DNA of 63,493 nucleotides, the filler included. It is 3 parts of 3 records of this genome, joined end to end, with 100 filler letters (N's around TTAATTAATTAA, not from the genome) between each part and the next. Parts side by side here need not be neighbours in the genome. Positions count along the whole stretch, not along the records: positions 24,125 to 50,199 come from SRR20825006_133; 2 more parts are not named here. One strand, 5' to 3'. A model generated the notes under the pieces. The model searched no databases. It was given only the letters and a program-made list of their open reading frames with translations, and was not told the origin of the DNA. This document shows positions 39,754 through 50,199 of the stretch, in pieces (within the stretch, counting starts at the first letter, position 1; each line of letters begins with the position of its first letter). The position numbers and the translations under genes are program-made.

Positions 39754-40704
39754 TCAAAAATATCTTAATCTAATACTACCGCCTGATGTTTTGGCTTTAA
39801 GCGTAATTCCACCACCATTTAATGTGCCAGTCATTTCATCACGTTCAACACGACCTTTAAAATTTTCAAAAGAAGCATCGACTCGACTTCCATCTAAATC
39901 AACATCGTACCCTTTGTCTTGAGGAACCGTAATGGTGATACTTCCACCTGAAGTCTTTAAATCGATGTAATCTTCAGGAGCTTCGATTTTAGCGCTAATT
40001 GAGCCACCACTAGTTCGAGCTGTTACACTTCCACCTACAGATTCAATTCCTATACTCCCACCAGAACTTTTGAGGTCAACATTCCCTTCCACATTCTTTG
40101 CTTCGATTCTTCCGCCACTTGTAGAGGCTTTTACATCACCAGTAACTTCTGCAATTTTAATACTACCGCCTGAGGTTTTAAGATCTAACTTCCCCTTTAT
40201 ATTGTCGGCACTTACCGAGCCACCGCTTGTATTCCCTTGCTGATCTCCAACCAAGTTTTCAATCTTTATGCTTCCGCCCGAGGTCTTAATATTTGTCGCA
40301 GACTCTCTTGGCGCATAAATAACAAACCCAATTGAAACGCTATTTCTGTTCCAACTAAATCCATTTTCTCTTCGAGCATGAGCCGTTACTGAATTTCCGT
40401 TTTTAGAAAGGTCAATTTCCCAGCCTTTTAAATCTTTATCATTACCTTTAATGTACTTCCCTCTCTTTCTAACGTACATTTCTACGGTTACTTCATCGGT
40501 ATCTTTACCGATTACTTTAATGCTTCCGCCTGAAGTTTTCACATCAATTTCAACGCCACTATTTGCCGCAAACTTCTCCACCCTAAAGGCATCTCTAGCC
40601 GACTGAGCCCAGCCAAGTTTTGCATTAGCTAGCATTAGTACAAACATCACTATAAGTGAGAACCCTAATTTTATGCTAAATTTTCTGCTGTTATTATTTT
40701 CCAT
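39754..40704 (-). CDS. DUF4097 family beta-strand repeat protein
   Basis: Signal peptide; repeated KTSGGSI units. Confidence 0.9.
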   Translation of the reverse strand: MENNNSRKFSIKLGFSLIVMFVLMLANAKLGWAQSARDAFRVEKFAANSGVEIDVKTSGGSIKVIGKDTDEVTVEMYVRKRGKYIKGNDKDLKGWEIDLSKNGNSVTAHARRENGFSWNRNSVSIGFVIYAPRESATNIKTSGGSIKIENLVGDQQGNTSGGSVSADNIKGKLDLKTSGGSIKIAEVTGDVKASTSGGRIEAKNVEGNVDLKSSGGSIGIESVGGSVTARTSGGSISAKIEAPEDYIDLKTSGGSITITVPQDKGYDVDLDGSRVDASFENFKGRVERDEMTGTLNGGGITLKAKTSGGSIRLRYF

Positions 40705-40873
40705 TTAAATACTCCTTTTAGATTTAATCTGAGAAAGCCTTACGCCCAAACTCTCAGGTTGTTTCATTCTGTTGATAGACGGTTCATTTTTTTGTTAGTT
40801 ACCAAGTATTTAGACTAGTGTTTCGTACTAAGCAATTGCGTATTTTTTCGGCGCTTAATCAAAATATTTTTAT

Positions 40874-41725
40874 ATGAAATTACCTTTTGTACTTGCGAAG
40901 AAATTTGTTGCTGGGGAAACTTTTGAAGAGTCTATCCCTAAAAGCCGTTATCTCAACGACAAAAATCTAAAACTAACTCTCGATTTACTTGGCGAAAATG
41001 TCAAGAGTAAGGAAACAGCAGACGCTACTGTTGAAGCTTATATTCAACTTCTAAACGGCATAAAAGAGCAAGGGCTAATAAGTAGTATTTCCATAAAACT
41101 AACCATGCTGGGGTTAGATATTGACCGTACGTATTGTACCGATAATCTTTTTCGACTGTTGGATGTAGCCAAAGAACAAGATCAGTTTGTTCGTATCGAT
41201 ATGGAAGGATCCGATTACACACAAATCACCATCGATATTTTTAAAGAAGCTTTTGCGAAATATGGAAAGCATGTAGGTACGGTTATTCAAACTATGCTGC
41301 ATCGTACAAAAAATGATATTATTGAATTAGCTGAGTTGGGCGCTGACATTAGGTTGGTTAAAGGTGCTTATGGTGAATCTGCGAGTTTAGCGCTTCAAAA
41401 TATGCCCGCTATTAGAGAATCGTTCAAAGAATGTGCAAAAATCCTTCTCGAAAAAACGACTTACCCTAGGTTTGGTACTCACGATGATGAGCTTATAAAT
41501 TGGTTAAAAGAGTATACCACCGAGCATAACATTCCTAAAGAACGTTTCGAAATACAGATGCTTTACGGTTTACGTGAAGAAACGATGGTACAACTTACCA
41601 ACGATGGCTATATGACGCGTGTTTATGTGCCTTTTGGTACCGACTGGTTCCCTTATTTTAGCCGTCGCCTTATGGAGCGAAAGGAAAACATCTGGTTCGT
41701 GTTTAGCACCATGTTTAAAAAGTAA
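40874..41725 (+). CDS. Monofunctional proline dehydrogenase
   Basis: DLLGE, SIKLT.LG, RIDME, RLVKGAY, THD, QMLYG and YFSRRLMER motifs. Confidence 0.94.
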   Translation: MKLPFVLAKKFVAGETFEESIPKSRYLNDKNLKLTLDLLGENVKSKETADATVEAYIQLLNGIKEQGLISSISIKLTMLGLDIDRTYCTDNLFRLLDVAKEQDQFVRIDMEGSDYTQITIDIFKEAFAKYGKHVGTVIQTMLHRTKNDIIELAELGADIRLVKGAYGESASLALQNMPAIRESFKECAKILLEKTTYPRFGTHDDELINWLKEYTTEHNIPKERFEIQMLYGLREETMVQLTNDGYMTRVYVPFGTDWFPYFSRRLMERKENIWFVFSTMFKK

Positions 41726-41778
41726 TTGGCAAAGAAACTGTGATGAATTAAGTTGCCTTACACTTAATCCCAACTTTC

Positions 41779-42156
41779 ATGAGCTATTTACTCACTCCAT
41801 CATTTAGCATCATTGTGATTGGCGTCCTCTTTGTGATTGCAGGGATTCTTCATTTTATAAAGCCAGATCCTTATTTACGAATAATGCCTTCCTTTATACC
41901 CAATCCTAAAGCCATGGTTTATATTAGTGGCGTGTTTGAGGTTATTGGAGGGATTGGTTTCCTAGTTCCAGAATTTAGATATCTAGCTGGTTGGGGATTG
42001 ATACTACTACTTTTCGCAGTTTTTCCAGCCAATATTGAAATGTTTTTTAAGGGCTATAAGAAACATGGATTCTCGATATTTACTTGGGTTGCCCTTATTC
42101 GCCTTCCTATTCAATTTGTATTGATGTTTTGGATATATTGGGCTGGTATTAAATAG
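41779..42156 (+). CDS. DoxX-like membrane protein
   Basis: AGILHF..P, SGVFE, VFPANI and RLPIQ motifs. Confidence 0.8.
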   Translation: MSYLLTPSFSIIVIGVLFVIAGILHFIKPDPYLRIMPSFIPNPKAMVYISGVFEVIGGIGFLVPEFRYLAGWGLILLLFAVFPANIEMFFKGYKKHGFSIFTWVALIRLPIQFVLMFWIYWAGIK

Positions 42157-42203
42157 CAAACAAAGTCATTTTTGGGCTACCAAATTTACGAGCCATCTAC
42201 ATC

Positions 42204-44327
42204 ATGAGTTTTAAAGCTCTTTTAAAGTATATATTTCCTTTTGTGTTAGGTCTTTTATTCCTACCTATTCCTTTGCTTCGCGATTTTCATTTTGAGTCGG
42301 CCATGATTGCAGGAACCATTGGTGCTATTTGGGCCGCGTTCAAGATGTTGAAGTCAACTTATGCTCAGGATAAAGCCTCAACACATCCTATAATTAGGTT
42401 CGTATATATCTTCGGATTACCTGCATTCTTATTTTCACTTGTTTCTGGTTGCTTAAGCTGGCATGGCGTCTTTTTTTGGATTCTAACGCCCATTCCATCC
42501 ATACTTTTTGGTGCCGCTTTAGGTCGTTTTGTTCGCTCCTTAAATTCCTCCTTCCCAAAAACACTTACTTTTATTGCTCTAGTGCTTTTTGCATTCGGAA
42601 GTTTTCTTCTTGAGGTCATCAACTTCCCTCAAGTGTATTTCTTCAATCACATTTGGGGAACTTGGCCAGGACCTATTTACGATGAAACCGTAACTGTTAC
42701 CAAAAGCTACGTTTACTTTCGCAGCATAACTGTCTTGTGGATATTATTTCTGTGGAATTTACCCCGCATTACACGCCTTAGAATCAATCAATTACTTGCT
42801 GGCTTTTTTGGAATTTGTTTGATCGTTTGCTATTTCTTCTTATCCCAAATGGGGATTATAACTCCAAGAAGCGTACTGAAAGAGAAACTCTCTACACTCA
42901 TTACAACTACACATTTCGATTTGTATTTCGATTCCAATAATTTTTTGGAAGCTGAAATTGAGTATTGGTCTTTAAAGCATGAGTTCTATTTCAATCAAAT
43001 TACAGCTGCTTTAGAAATAGAATGGCCTAGCAACCGCCGTATTGAAAGCTATCTCTATGCGAATGCTTGGCAGAAAAAAGAACTTGTTGGAGCAAAATAC
43101 ACAAGCTATGTTCCCATCTGGCTATCTCAAGACCAATTACATATTGCCAAACAGCAATTAGATGGCGTTTTAAAACACGAAATGGTTCATGCTATTTCAA
43201 AGCAATTTGGCAATTCTTTATTTAATGGAAGTTGGAGTATTGGTTTGATTGAAGGTATTGCTGAAGCTGTAGCTAATGACGCCTCACGCGAATCTACCTT
43301 AGAGCAGATTATTGCGTCAGAGCAACCGTATCCATCTGTTCAACAAATGCGAAATGCTTTTTCTAGTACGGGCTTTTATAGTAGTGCAGCATCTATAAGT
43401 TATACAACAGCAGGTGCTTTTGTTCAGTATTTGCTTCAAAACTATCCAGTACAAAATTTCAAACAAGCATACCCAAATTCTGATTTTGAACAAGCTTATG
43501 GTATTCCGTTCGACTCGCTAGTTATTGCTTGGGAAAAAACCTTACCCCCTGTTGTTATCGACTCTATTGATATACAAAACTCCGAATTTCTTTTTGGGCA
43601 ATTGTCTCTATTCCAGAAATCTTGCCCACATTCGGTTAGCAAAGAACTTCACCTTTGGGATCAGTATCAATTTCATAAAAGCGTTGAGGATACTACTTCA
43701 GCGCAAAAAGCCATTTCTGATTTATATTCCCTCGATACAGAGAACCTTTTAGTAAAACGTGAGTGGATTAGCTCACAATTGAGTATTGGCGCGTATAAAA
43801 CCGTAATTGATGCCGTAACCTCTAATGATACACTCTTAACTTTAAAGCTCTTAAAAGCTGATGCACTTGTCCTAAACGGAGAATTTGATGCCGCATCCCA
43901 ATCTCTAAGTTCCTTAACGGAAAATCTAACTAAGAACACTGGTCGTCGCTTTCGCTATTCTTATACTTTACGTTCCGATTCCACAAATTGGACTCACTTC
44001 TTAGCAGCTCGTTATCAAAATAAACTTCCAAGTATGGAAAAGTTTATCACGCTTAACATTCCCAACCAGATGCTTATTATCTCGGAAGCCATAGATGCAA
44101 AAAAATACACCCTGCTACCTCAATATTCTTATCCTGCTTTGCATAACCCTTTAAACCCCGATTGGTTTGATGTTTATGAAGTGCTTATCGATCGGTTAAT
44201 CTTCTTGAAATCTTTTGATGAAGCCCAGCAATGGCTCGATAAATTATCAAATATTCAGCTCCGTGCTCGTTATCAGGAACGACTAAGTCAGCAAAAGGAT
44301 TGGTTATACTTTATGAAATCTTACTAG
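42204..44327 (+). CDS. Membrane-anchored hypothetical protein with gluzincin (HExxH...E) domain
   Basis: About 7 N-terminal TM segments; LKHEMVH followed by LIEGIAEA; helical C-terminus. Confidence 0.65.
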   Translation: MSFKALLKYIFPFVLGLLFLPIPLLRDFHFESAMIAGTIGAIWAAFKMLKSTYAQDKASTHPIIRFVYIFGLPAFLFSLVSGCLSWHGVFFWILTPIPSILFGAALGRFVRSLNSSFPKTLTFIALVLFAFGSFLLEVINFPQVYFFNHIWGTWPGPIYDETVTVTKSYVYFRSITVLWILFLWNLPRITRLRINQLLAGFFGICLIVCYFFLSQMGIITPRSVLKEKLSTLITTTHFDLYFDSNNFLEAEIEYWSLKHEFYFNQITAALEIEWPSNRRIESYLYANAWQKKELVGAKYTSYVPIWLSQDQLHIAKQQLDGVLKHEMVHAISKQFGNSLFNGSWSIGLIEGIAEAVANDASRESTLEQIIASEQPYPSVQQMRNAFSSTGFYSSAASISYTTAGAFVQYLLQNYPVQNFKQAYPNSDFEQAYGIPFDSLVIAWEKTLPPVVIDSIDIQNSEFLFGQLSLFQKSCPHSVSKELHLWDQYQFHKSVEDTTSAQKAISDLYSLDTENLLVKREWISSQLSIGAYKTVIDAVTSNDTLLTLKLLKADALVLNGEFDAASQSLSSLTENLTKNTGRRFRYSYTLRSDSTNWTHFLAARYQNKLPSMEKFITLNIPNQMLIISEAIDAKKYTLLPQYSYPALHNPLNPDWFDVYEVLIDRLIFLKSFDEAQQWLDKLSNIQLRARYQERLSQQKDWLYFMKSY

Positions 44328-44407
44328 ACATCAGTTTTATAAAAAAGCACTTTAGTACTACCACTCAATTCTTTTATCTTCTTTTTTAAATATTAAAAAC
44401 TCTTGTT

Positions 44408-45076
44408 ATGGACAACGAAATTTTTGAACCGCTGACATCCTACATAGAATACTCTGAGGATGAAATGAAAAAGCGTGCTGCCGACTTTTATGCGAATGTT
44501 AAACGGCGAAGAACAATCCGCGAGTTCTCAAACCGTCCTGTTCCCCAAGAAATTATCGAACACTGCTTACTTGCCGCAGGAACTGCACCAAACGGCGCAA
44601 ATAAACAGCCCTGGCATTTTGTAGCTGTTAGCGACCCTGAGGTAAAAAATAAAATTCGTATTGCTGCAGAAGAAGAAGAGCATGAGTTTTATAATCGTCG
44701 AGCTCCACAGGACTGGCTGGATGATTTAAAAAAATTCAGAACCACCGAGAACAAACCTTTTTTAGAAACAGCTCCTTATTTAATTGGCATCTTTGCGCAA
44801 TCTTACGGCCTCGATGAAAATGCTAATAAAGACAAACACTACTATGTAAAAGAATCGGTAGGTATTGCAACAGGTATTCTCATAACGGCATTACACGAGT
44901 CTGGATTGGCAACTTTAACACACACTCCAAGCCCAATGGGCTTCCTAAATAAGGTAATGGGACGTCCAGAAAATGAAAAAGCCTTCCTTTTACTTGTAGT
45001 TGGTTATCCAGAAAAAGGAGTAGAAGTCCCAGTTATAACAAAAAAACCACTTCATAAGATAGCTACATTCATATAA
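44408..45076 (+). CDS. Nitroreductase family, iodotyrosine deiodinase-like
   Basis: [45 protein letters not shown] and LTHTPSPM motifs. Confidence 0.85.
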   Translation: MDNEIFEPLTSYIEYSEDEMKKRAADFYANVKRRRTIREFSNRPVPQEIIEHCLLAAGTAPNGANKQPWHFVAVSDPEVKNKIRIAAEEEEHEFYNRRAPQDWLDDLKKFRTTENKPFLETAPYLIGIFAQSYGLDENANKDKHYYVKESVGIATGILITALHESGLATLTHTPSPMGFLNKVMGRPENEKAFLLLVVGYPEKGVEVPVITKKPLHKIATFI

Positions 45077-45214
45077 AAAGCGAGAAAAACTAGTATTTCA
45101 ACTCCTTACATTAGGATTTACTCATCAGTAGAAGCTTCTAATTTAATATGGTCTAACTGTAATCGATTGTAAAAAGCGCAATCTTTGCATGATAAAATAA
45201 ACTACTAGACTATT

Positions 45215-46681
45215 ATGAAATATAGAAATTTACTGAGCTTTATACTTGTTGCAATATTTGCAACCACTTTTACTACTGCCCAAACTGCCGAAGATAAAAC
45301 TTGGGTATCTTTAAATGTTGGTCATTTCGAATACAATGGAGACCATGCGAACGAAATGCTTGGCTTCAACATCCCAAAAGATATGACCTACGGATTTGGA
45401 GTTCATCGCTACTTAGATAAGAACTTTAATCTTCAATTTACTTCAAACTATGGCGTGCTTGATAACGAGTACAATCCAAAATTTGAAAAAAACTTCATTA
45501 GTAATAAACTTCAACTTCAATATAAGTTTGCAAATGGAAGCATTCTTAAAGAAGATGCTGCAATTCAACCATACATTAATGCTGGATTGGAAGTAACTCC
45601 ATTTTTTGGTGGCGACAAAGCCATTTACAATCGTACTATCATCGCACTACCTTTTGGTATAGGTGTAGACATCCCGTTGAACGAGTCTGCTGCTTTTGTT
45701 TATCAAACCAACTACAGCCGTACTTTTGCCGATGGCCTTGATGGAAACAACAACTACAACAAACAAAATCACGATGATTTCTTAACACACACTATAGGAA
45801 TCAAATTCAAAATTGGTGGTACTAAAGATACTGATGGCGATGGCGTTAATGACAAGGTTGATTCTTGTATTAACCAACCAGGAACTGAAGCAACTAATGG
45901 CTGCCCTGATGACGATGGCGATGGCATTATCAATAGCCAAGATTTATGCCCTTTTGTTCCAGGTTTAGCTGAACATAGAGGCTGTGCTGATACTGACGGT
46001 GATAAAATTCCTGATTTTGAAGACGAATGCCCAAAAATCCCTGGTCTTGGCGAATTTAAAGGTTGTACTGACACTGATGGCGACAGCATCGCAGATAATA
46101 TTGATAGTTGCCCAACATTAGCTGGTTCAGCTACTACTAACGGTTGCCCTGATACTGATGGTGATGGCATCAAAAATTCTCTAGATAATTGCCCAGACGC
46201 AGCTGGTACAGCAGCAAATAATGGCTGCCCAGATACTGACAACGATGGTGTTATCGATTTAAATGACAAATGCCCTAAACTGGCTGGTGCACCAGGCAAC
46301 GATGGTTGTCCTGAAGTTGCTCAAGAAGTTAAAAAGTCATTAGATACTATTTTCACAAACTTAATTTTTGCTTCTAATAGCTCTTATATCGACCGTACTT
46401 CGTTCGATGATTTAGATGAGCTTGCTAAAATTATGTCAAATGACAAAAACCTTCGACTTAGCATAGAAGGCCATACTGACAATAAAGGAAAAGCTGAATA
46501 CAACTTATCGCTATCCTCAAAAAGAGCTGCTTCTGTAAAGGAATATCTAGTTACAAGAGGTATTAGTCCTCTTCGTATTAAAGCAGCAGGCTATGGTGAA
46601 ACCAAACCAATTGCTTCTAACGAAACTGCCGCTGGGCGAATAAAGAATCGTCGTGTTGAGTTAAATATCTCATACAACTAA
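45215..46681 (+). CDS. OmpA family protein with thrombospondin type-3-like repeats
   Basis: N-terminal barrel; DxDGDG..D.CP repeats; IEGHTD and NRRVE motifs. Confidence 0.92.
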   Translation: MKYRNLLSFILVAIFATTFTTAQTAEDKTWVSLNVGHFEYNGDHANEMLGFNIPKDMTYGFGVHRYLDKNFNLQFTSNYGVLDNEYNPKFEKNFISNKLQLQYKFANGSILKEDAAIQPYINAGLEVTPFFGGDKAIYNRTIIALPFGIGVDIPLNESAAFVYQTNYSRTFADGLDGNNNYNKQNHDDFLTHTIGIKFKIGGTKDTDGDGVNDKVDSCINQPGTEATNGCPDDDGDGIINSQDLCPFVPGLAEHRGCADTDGDKIPDFEDECPKIPGLGEFKGCTDTDGDSIADNIDSCPTLAGSATTNGCPDTDGDGIKNSLDNCPDAAGTAANNGCPDTDNDGVIDLNDKCPKLAGAPGNDGCPEVAQEVKKSLDTIFTNLIFASNSSYIDRTSFDDLDELAKIMSNDKNLRLSIEGHTDNKGKAEYNLSLSSKRAASVKEYLVTRGISPLRIKAAGYGETKPIASNETAAGRIKNRRVELNISYN

Positions 46682-46701
46682 ACTACAATTTGATTGTGGT
46701 C

Positions 46702-46735
46702 AAGCCTCTGCTTTAAAAAGCAGAGGCTTTTTTTT
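46702..46735 (+). terminator. Intrinsic terminator
   Basis: AAGCCTCTGCTTT-AA-AAAGCAGAGGCTT followed by a T-run. Confidence 0.88.
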
Positions 46736-46838
46736 GGACTATATTTTTGGCTAGTTTATTAAGCTTAGCTATATAAGTTAGGAACTTTAAAAGAGAAATG
46801 TAGTTGATATAGCTGACGAATAAACTATATCAATTGCT

Positions 46839-48317
46839 ATGAAATCAAAGATACTATACAGCTTAGCTGTTATTCTAACATTAAGTTTGGCTTTTACCCA
46901 ACAAACGTTTGCCCAAACCGAAGATAACCCAACTTGGGTTTCTATATATTTTGGTCATCATGAATATGATGGCGATTTCGGTAATGAAATGCTTCAATTC
47001 AACATCCCAAAAGATCCTGGCGGAGGAATTGGTATTAGCCAGTATCTATCCTCTTCTTTTGATCTAGACCTTTCGCTATACCTCGGCAAACTAGATACTG
47101 ATTACGATGATAACTTCGAAAAACTAATGCTGAACGGGAATTTAACTGCCAAGTATAAATTCACCAATGGCTACGTCTTCAAAAAGGAAAGTGCTATTCA
47201 ACCTTACGTTTTTGCCGGCGCCGGTCTAACCTATCTTTATCGAGGTAAGTCAAGTATCGACGATGGAACTTATATTCAAATTCCTTTGGGGATTGGGTTC
47301 GATATCCCGCTTTCAGAAAAAGTACAAATTGGTATTAAATCTACCTATAACCGAACGTTTAGTGATTATTTAGATGGCGAAACCAACATTGATAATAATA
47401 ACCACGATGATTTTTTAGTACATACTATTGGGCTTAAATTTAGCCTTGGTGGTGCACAAGACTCAGATGGTGACGGTGTAAATGACAAAGATGATGATTG
47501 CCCTAACCAAATTGGCGAAATAGATACTAACGGCTGCCCAGATCGTGACCGAGATGGAATTAAGGATAGCATTGATCGTTGCCCAGCAATTTCTGGATTA
47601 GCTGAGTTTGCAGGTTGTGCAGACATCGATTTAGATCGCATTCCTGATTATGAAGATGAATGTCCTGAAATTAAAGGAACGTCTCAATTTAAAGGCTGTA
47701 AAGATACAGACGGTGATATGATAGCCGACCCTGTTGATGCCTGCCCTGCTGAAGCTGGAACTTCCGCAACAAATGGCTGTCCTGATAATGACAAGGATGG
47801 TATCCGCAACTCTGATGACTCTTGCCCAGAAATTGCTGGTACAAAAGCTGGTAACGGTTGCCCAGACACTGATGGTGATGGCTTTATTGATTCCCAAGAT
47901 GCTTGCCCAAAAGTTGCAGGAACTGCAGATGGAAATGGCTGCCCGGTTGTAGCTGAAGAAATTCTGAAAGAAATTAATGTGATTTTTAGCAATCTCAATT
48001 TTGCTTCAAATAAAGCAACTATCGCCCCATCGTCGTTACCGAGCTTAGATCGATTATCTCAGATTATGAACGAAGACAAAGCCTTAGTTATAAGCATTGA
48101 AGGGCATACGGATAGTAGTGGAAATGATGATTACAATCTTCAACTTTCTCGCGACCGCGCACTAGCTGTTAAAACGTATCTAATTAGAAAAGGCGTTGCT
48201 GCAGAGCGTATCTCGTCAACAGGGTATGGCGAAACTCAACCATTAGCTTCAAACGAAACTGCTGATGGAAGAAATAGAAATCGTCGAGTGGAGCTGAATT
48301 TATCCTATAAAAAATAA
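46839..48317 (+). CDS. OmpA family protein with TSP3-like repeats (tandem paralog)
   Basis: Same architecture; shares NEML.FNIPKD and NHDDFL.HTIG with the upstream copy. Confidence 0.92.
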   Translation: MKSKILYSLAVILTLSLAFTQQTFAQTEDNPTWVSIYFGHHEYDGDFGNEMLQFNIPKDPGGGIGISQYLSSSFDLDLSLYLGKLDTDYDDNFEKLMLNGNLTAKYKFTNGYVFKKESAIQPYVFAGAGLTYLYRGKSSIDDGTYIQIPLGIGFDIPLSEKVQIGIKSTYNRTFSDYLDGETNIDNNNHDDFLVHTIGLKFSLGGAQDSDGDGVNDKDDDCPNQIGEIDTNGCPDRDRDGIKDSIDRCPAISGLAEFAGCADIDLDRIPDYEDECPEIKGTSQFKGCKDTDGDMIADPVDACPAEAGTSATNGCPDNDKDGIRNSDDSCPEIAGTKAGNGCPDTDGDGFIDSQDACPKVAGTADGNGCPVVAEEILKEINVIFSNLNFASNKATIAPSSLPSLDRLSQIMNEDKALVISIEGHTDSSGNDDYNLQLSRDRALAVKTYLIRKGVAAERISSTGYGETQPLASNETADGRNRNRRVELNLSYKK

Positions 48318-48333
48318 CTCTACTTGCATTAAT

Positions 48334-48360
48334 CCACTACCTAATCGTAGTGGCTTTTTT
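48334..48360 (+). terminator. Intrinsic terminator
   Basis: CCACTAC...GTAGTGG stem then CTTTTTT. Confidence 0.7.
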
Positions 48361-48455
48361 CATTCCCTTCTCTCAAGTAAAAAGCCATTAATCCCCTTTT
48401 TTAACCTTCTTTTCTTTATATCTTAGCGTGTGTTAACGTTTAAAAAGGCATAACT

Positions 48456-49055
48456 ATCGCTACCAATAAAGATTCAAAAAAGAAAAAGAGTTTTAAACGA
48501 GAAATCGTTGAGTGGACAATTATGCTTGGAATTATTGGCTCTCTCTATGCCACTGGGCTACACACGGAAGTTATAGGCAGCTTACAGCGCGTTCTACTGT
48601 GGACTGGCATCATTACTCCAGATACAGAACTTAATACGTCAGAGATTGTTTCAGCGAGCTACAACTTACCTTTACTTACACTAGACGAAGAAACCTTCCG
48701 GTTTTCTGAATTTAAAGGTAAAACCATCTTTTTGAATTTTTGGGCCACTTGGTGTCCGCCGTGCATCGCTGAAATGCCCAACATCCAAGCGTTATATGAA
48801 GATATTGATGATGATAACATTGTTTTTGTAATGGTTTCTTTGGATGAGGATAAAGACAAAGCTCGTTCTTTTTTAGAACGCAAAGAATTTACCATGCCAG
48901 TATATTTTCTAAACGGGCGTAAACCTGGTGTTTATGATAGTAGCGTAGTACCCACAACTTATATAATTTCTCCCGAGGGAAAAGTCGTTGCAAAGCGTAT
49001 GGGCATGGCAAACTACAACAACGACACATTTAAAAATTTTCTACTAAGCTTATAA
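48456..49055 (+). CDS. TlpA-family thiol-disulfide reductase
   Basis: LNFWATWCPPCIAEMP and VPTT motifs; frame open upstream of ATG 48522, start tentatively placed at ATC 48456. Confidence 0.88.
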   Translation: MATNKDSKKKKSFKREIVEWTIMLGIIGSLYATGLHTEVIGSLQRVLLWTGIITPDTELNTSEIVSASYNLPLLTLDEETFRFSEFKGKTIFLNFWATWCPPCIAEMPNIQALYEDIDDDNIVFVMVSLDEDKDKARSFLERKEFTMPVYFLNGRKPGVYDSSVVPTTYIISPEGKVVAKRMGMANYNNDTFKNFLLSL

Positions 49056-49066
49056 CCAACTCTTTT

Positions 49067-50140
49067 ATGGAAAAAGTAATCGCTGGAATTCAACAAATCG
49101 GAATCGGAAACCCAAATGTATACGAAGCCACCAATTGGTATCGGGAATATTTTGGAATGGATATCAAAGTATTTGAAGATGTAGCTACTGCTGAGCTTAT
49201 GCTTCCATATACAGGTGGTAAACCTCAAGACCGCGCAGCGATTCTGACCATGAGTATGCGTGGTGGAGGCGGGTTCGAAATCTGGCAATACACAACGCGA
49301 ACACCTGTTGCTGCAGATTTTGAATTACAACTCGGTGACTTGGGTATTAATGTTTGCAAGATAAAGTCTATTGATGTTGCCAAAACTTACGAAGACTTTA
49401 ACATGGCTGGCTTAAATGTGCTTACTTCGTTAAGCGAAAATCCAGCTGGCGACCTTTCGTTTTTTGTTAAAGATTTGAATGGGAATATTTTTCAAGTGGT
49501 GAAGGGGCTCGATTTTTTTAGCAATAACTCTGTTCGTACAACGGGTGGTGTTTCTGGCGCCATCATCGGATCATCAGATATCGAAAAATCTAAAACCCTC
49601 TATTCTGATATTCTTGGTTATGATGAAGTCGTTTACGACGTAACTGATACCTTCGCAGATTTTAACGGTGTTAATGGTGGAGATAAGAAAGTAAGACGCG
49701 TTTTATTACGCCACAGCCAAACAAGACAAGGTGGTTTTAGCAACCTTTTTGGTCCTACGGAAATTGAACTCGTTCAGATTATGGACAAAAGAGTAAAACC
49801 AAAGAAGATTTTTGAAGACCGCTTTTGGGGAGATTTAGGTTTTATCCACCTCTGCTTTGACGTACAAGGAATGGACGCACTTGGGGAAGAATGTGAGTCT
49901 AAAGGATTTCCTTTCACTGTAGATAGCTCCAATAGTTTTGATATGGGCGAAGCCGCAGGTCGCTTTACTTATATCGAAGATCCTGATGGGACTCTTATCG
50001 AGTTTGTAGAAACTCACAAAGTCCCCATTATGAAAAAATTTGGATGGTTTGTAGATATGACCAAACGAGATCCAAAGAAAAACTTACCGAATTGGATGAT
50101 TTCGGCTTTACGCTTTAGCAGAATGAAAGCTCCAAAGTAA
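49067..50140 (+). CDS. VOC (glyoxalase-like) family protein, two domains
   Basis: GIQQIGIG, FEIWQ, IELVQ, HLCFD and EDPDGTLIEFVE motifs. Confidence 0.85.
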   Translation: MEKVIAGIQQIGIGNPNVYEATNWYREYFGMDIKVFEDVATAELMLPYTGGKPQDRAAILTMSMRGGGGFEIWQYTTRTPVAADFELQLGDLGINVCKIKSIDVAKTYEDFNMAGLNVLTSLSENPAGDLSFFVKDLNGNIFQVVKGLDFFSNNSVRTTGGVSGAIIGSSDIEKSKTLYSDILGYDEVVYDVTDTFADFNGVNGGDKKVRRVLLRHSQTRQGGFSNLFGPTEIELVQIMDKRVKPKKIFEDRFWGDLGFIHLCFDVQGMDALGEECESKGFPFTVDSSNSFDMGEAAGRFTYIEDPDGTLIEFVETHKVPIMKKFGWFVDMTKRDPKKNLPNWMISALRFSRMKAPK

Positions 50141-50199
50141 TTTCGAGACGACACTTAAGTTAATTTAGAATAAAAAAAGGGTGACCAATTCAACTTGGT

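Noticed and set aside
39754-40704. DNA-level repeats (CCGCCTGA-like)
   Set aside because: Explained by the KTSGGS protein repeats of DUF4097.
45769-47998. Antisense ORFs of 88-176 aa with repeated SPSVSGQP units
   Set aside because: Shadows of the TSP3-like repeats on the opposite strand of the OmpA genes.
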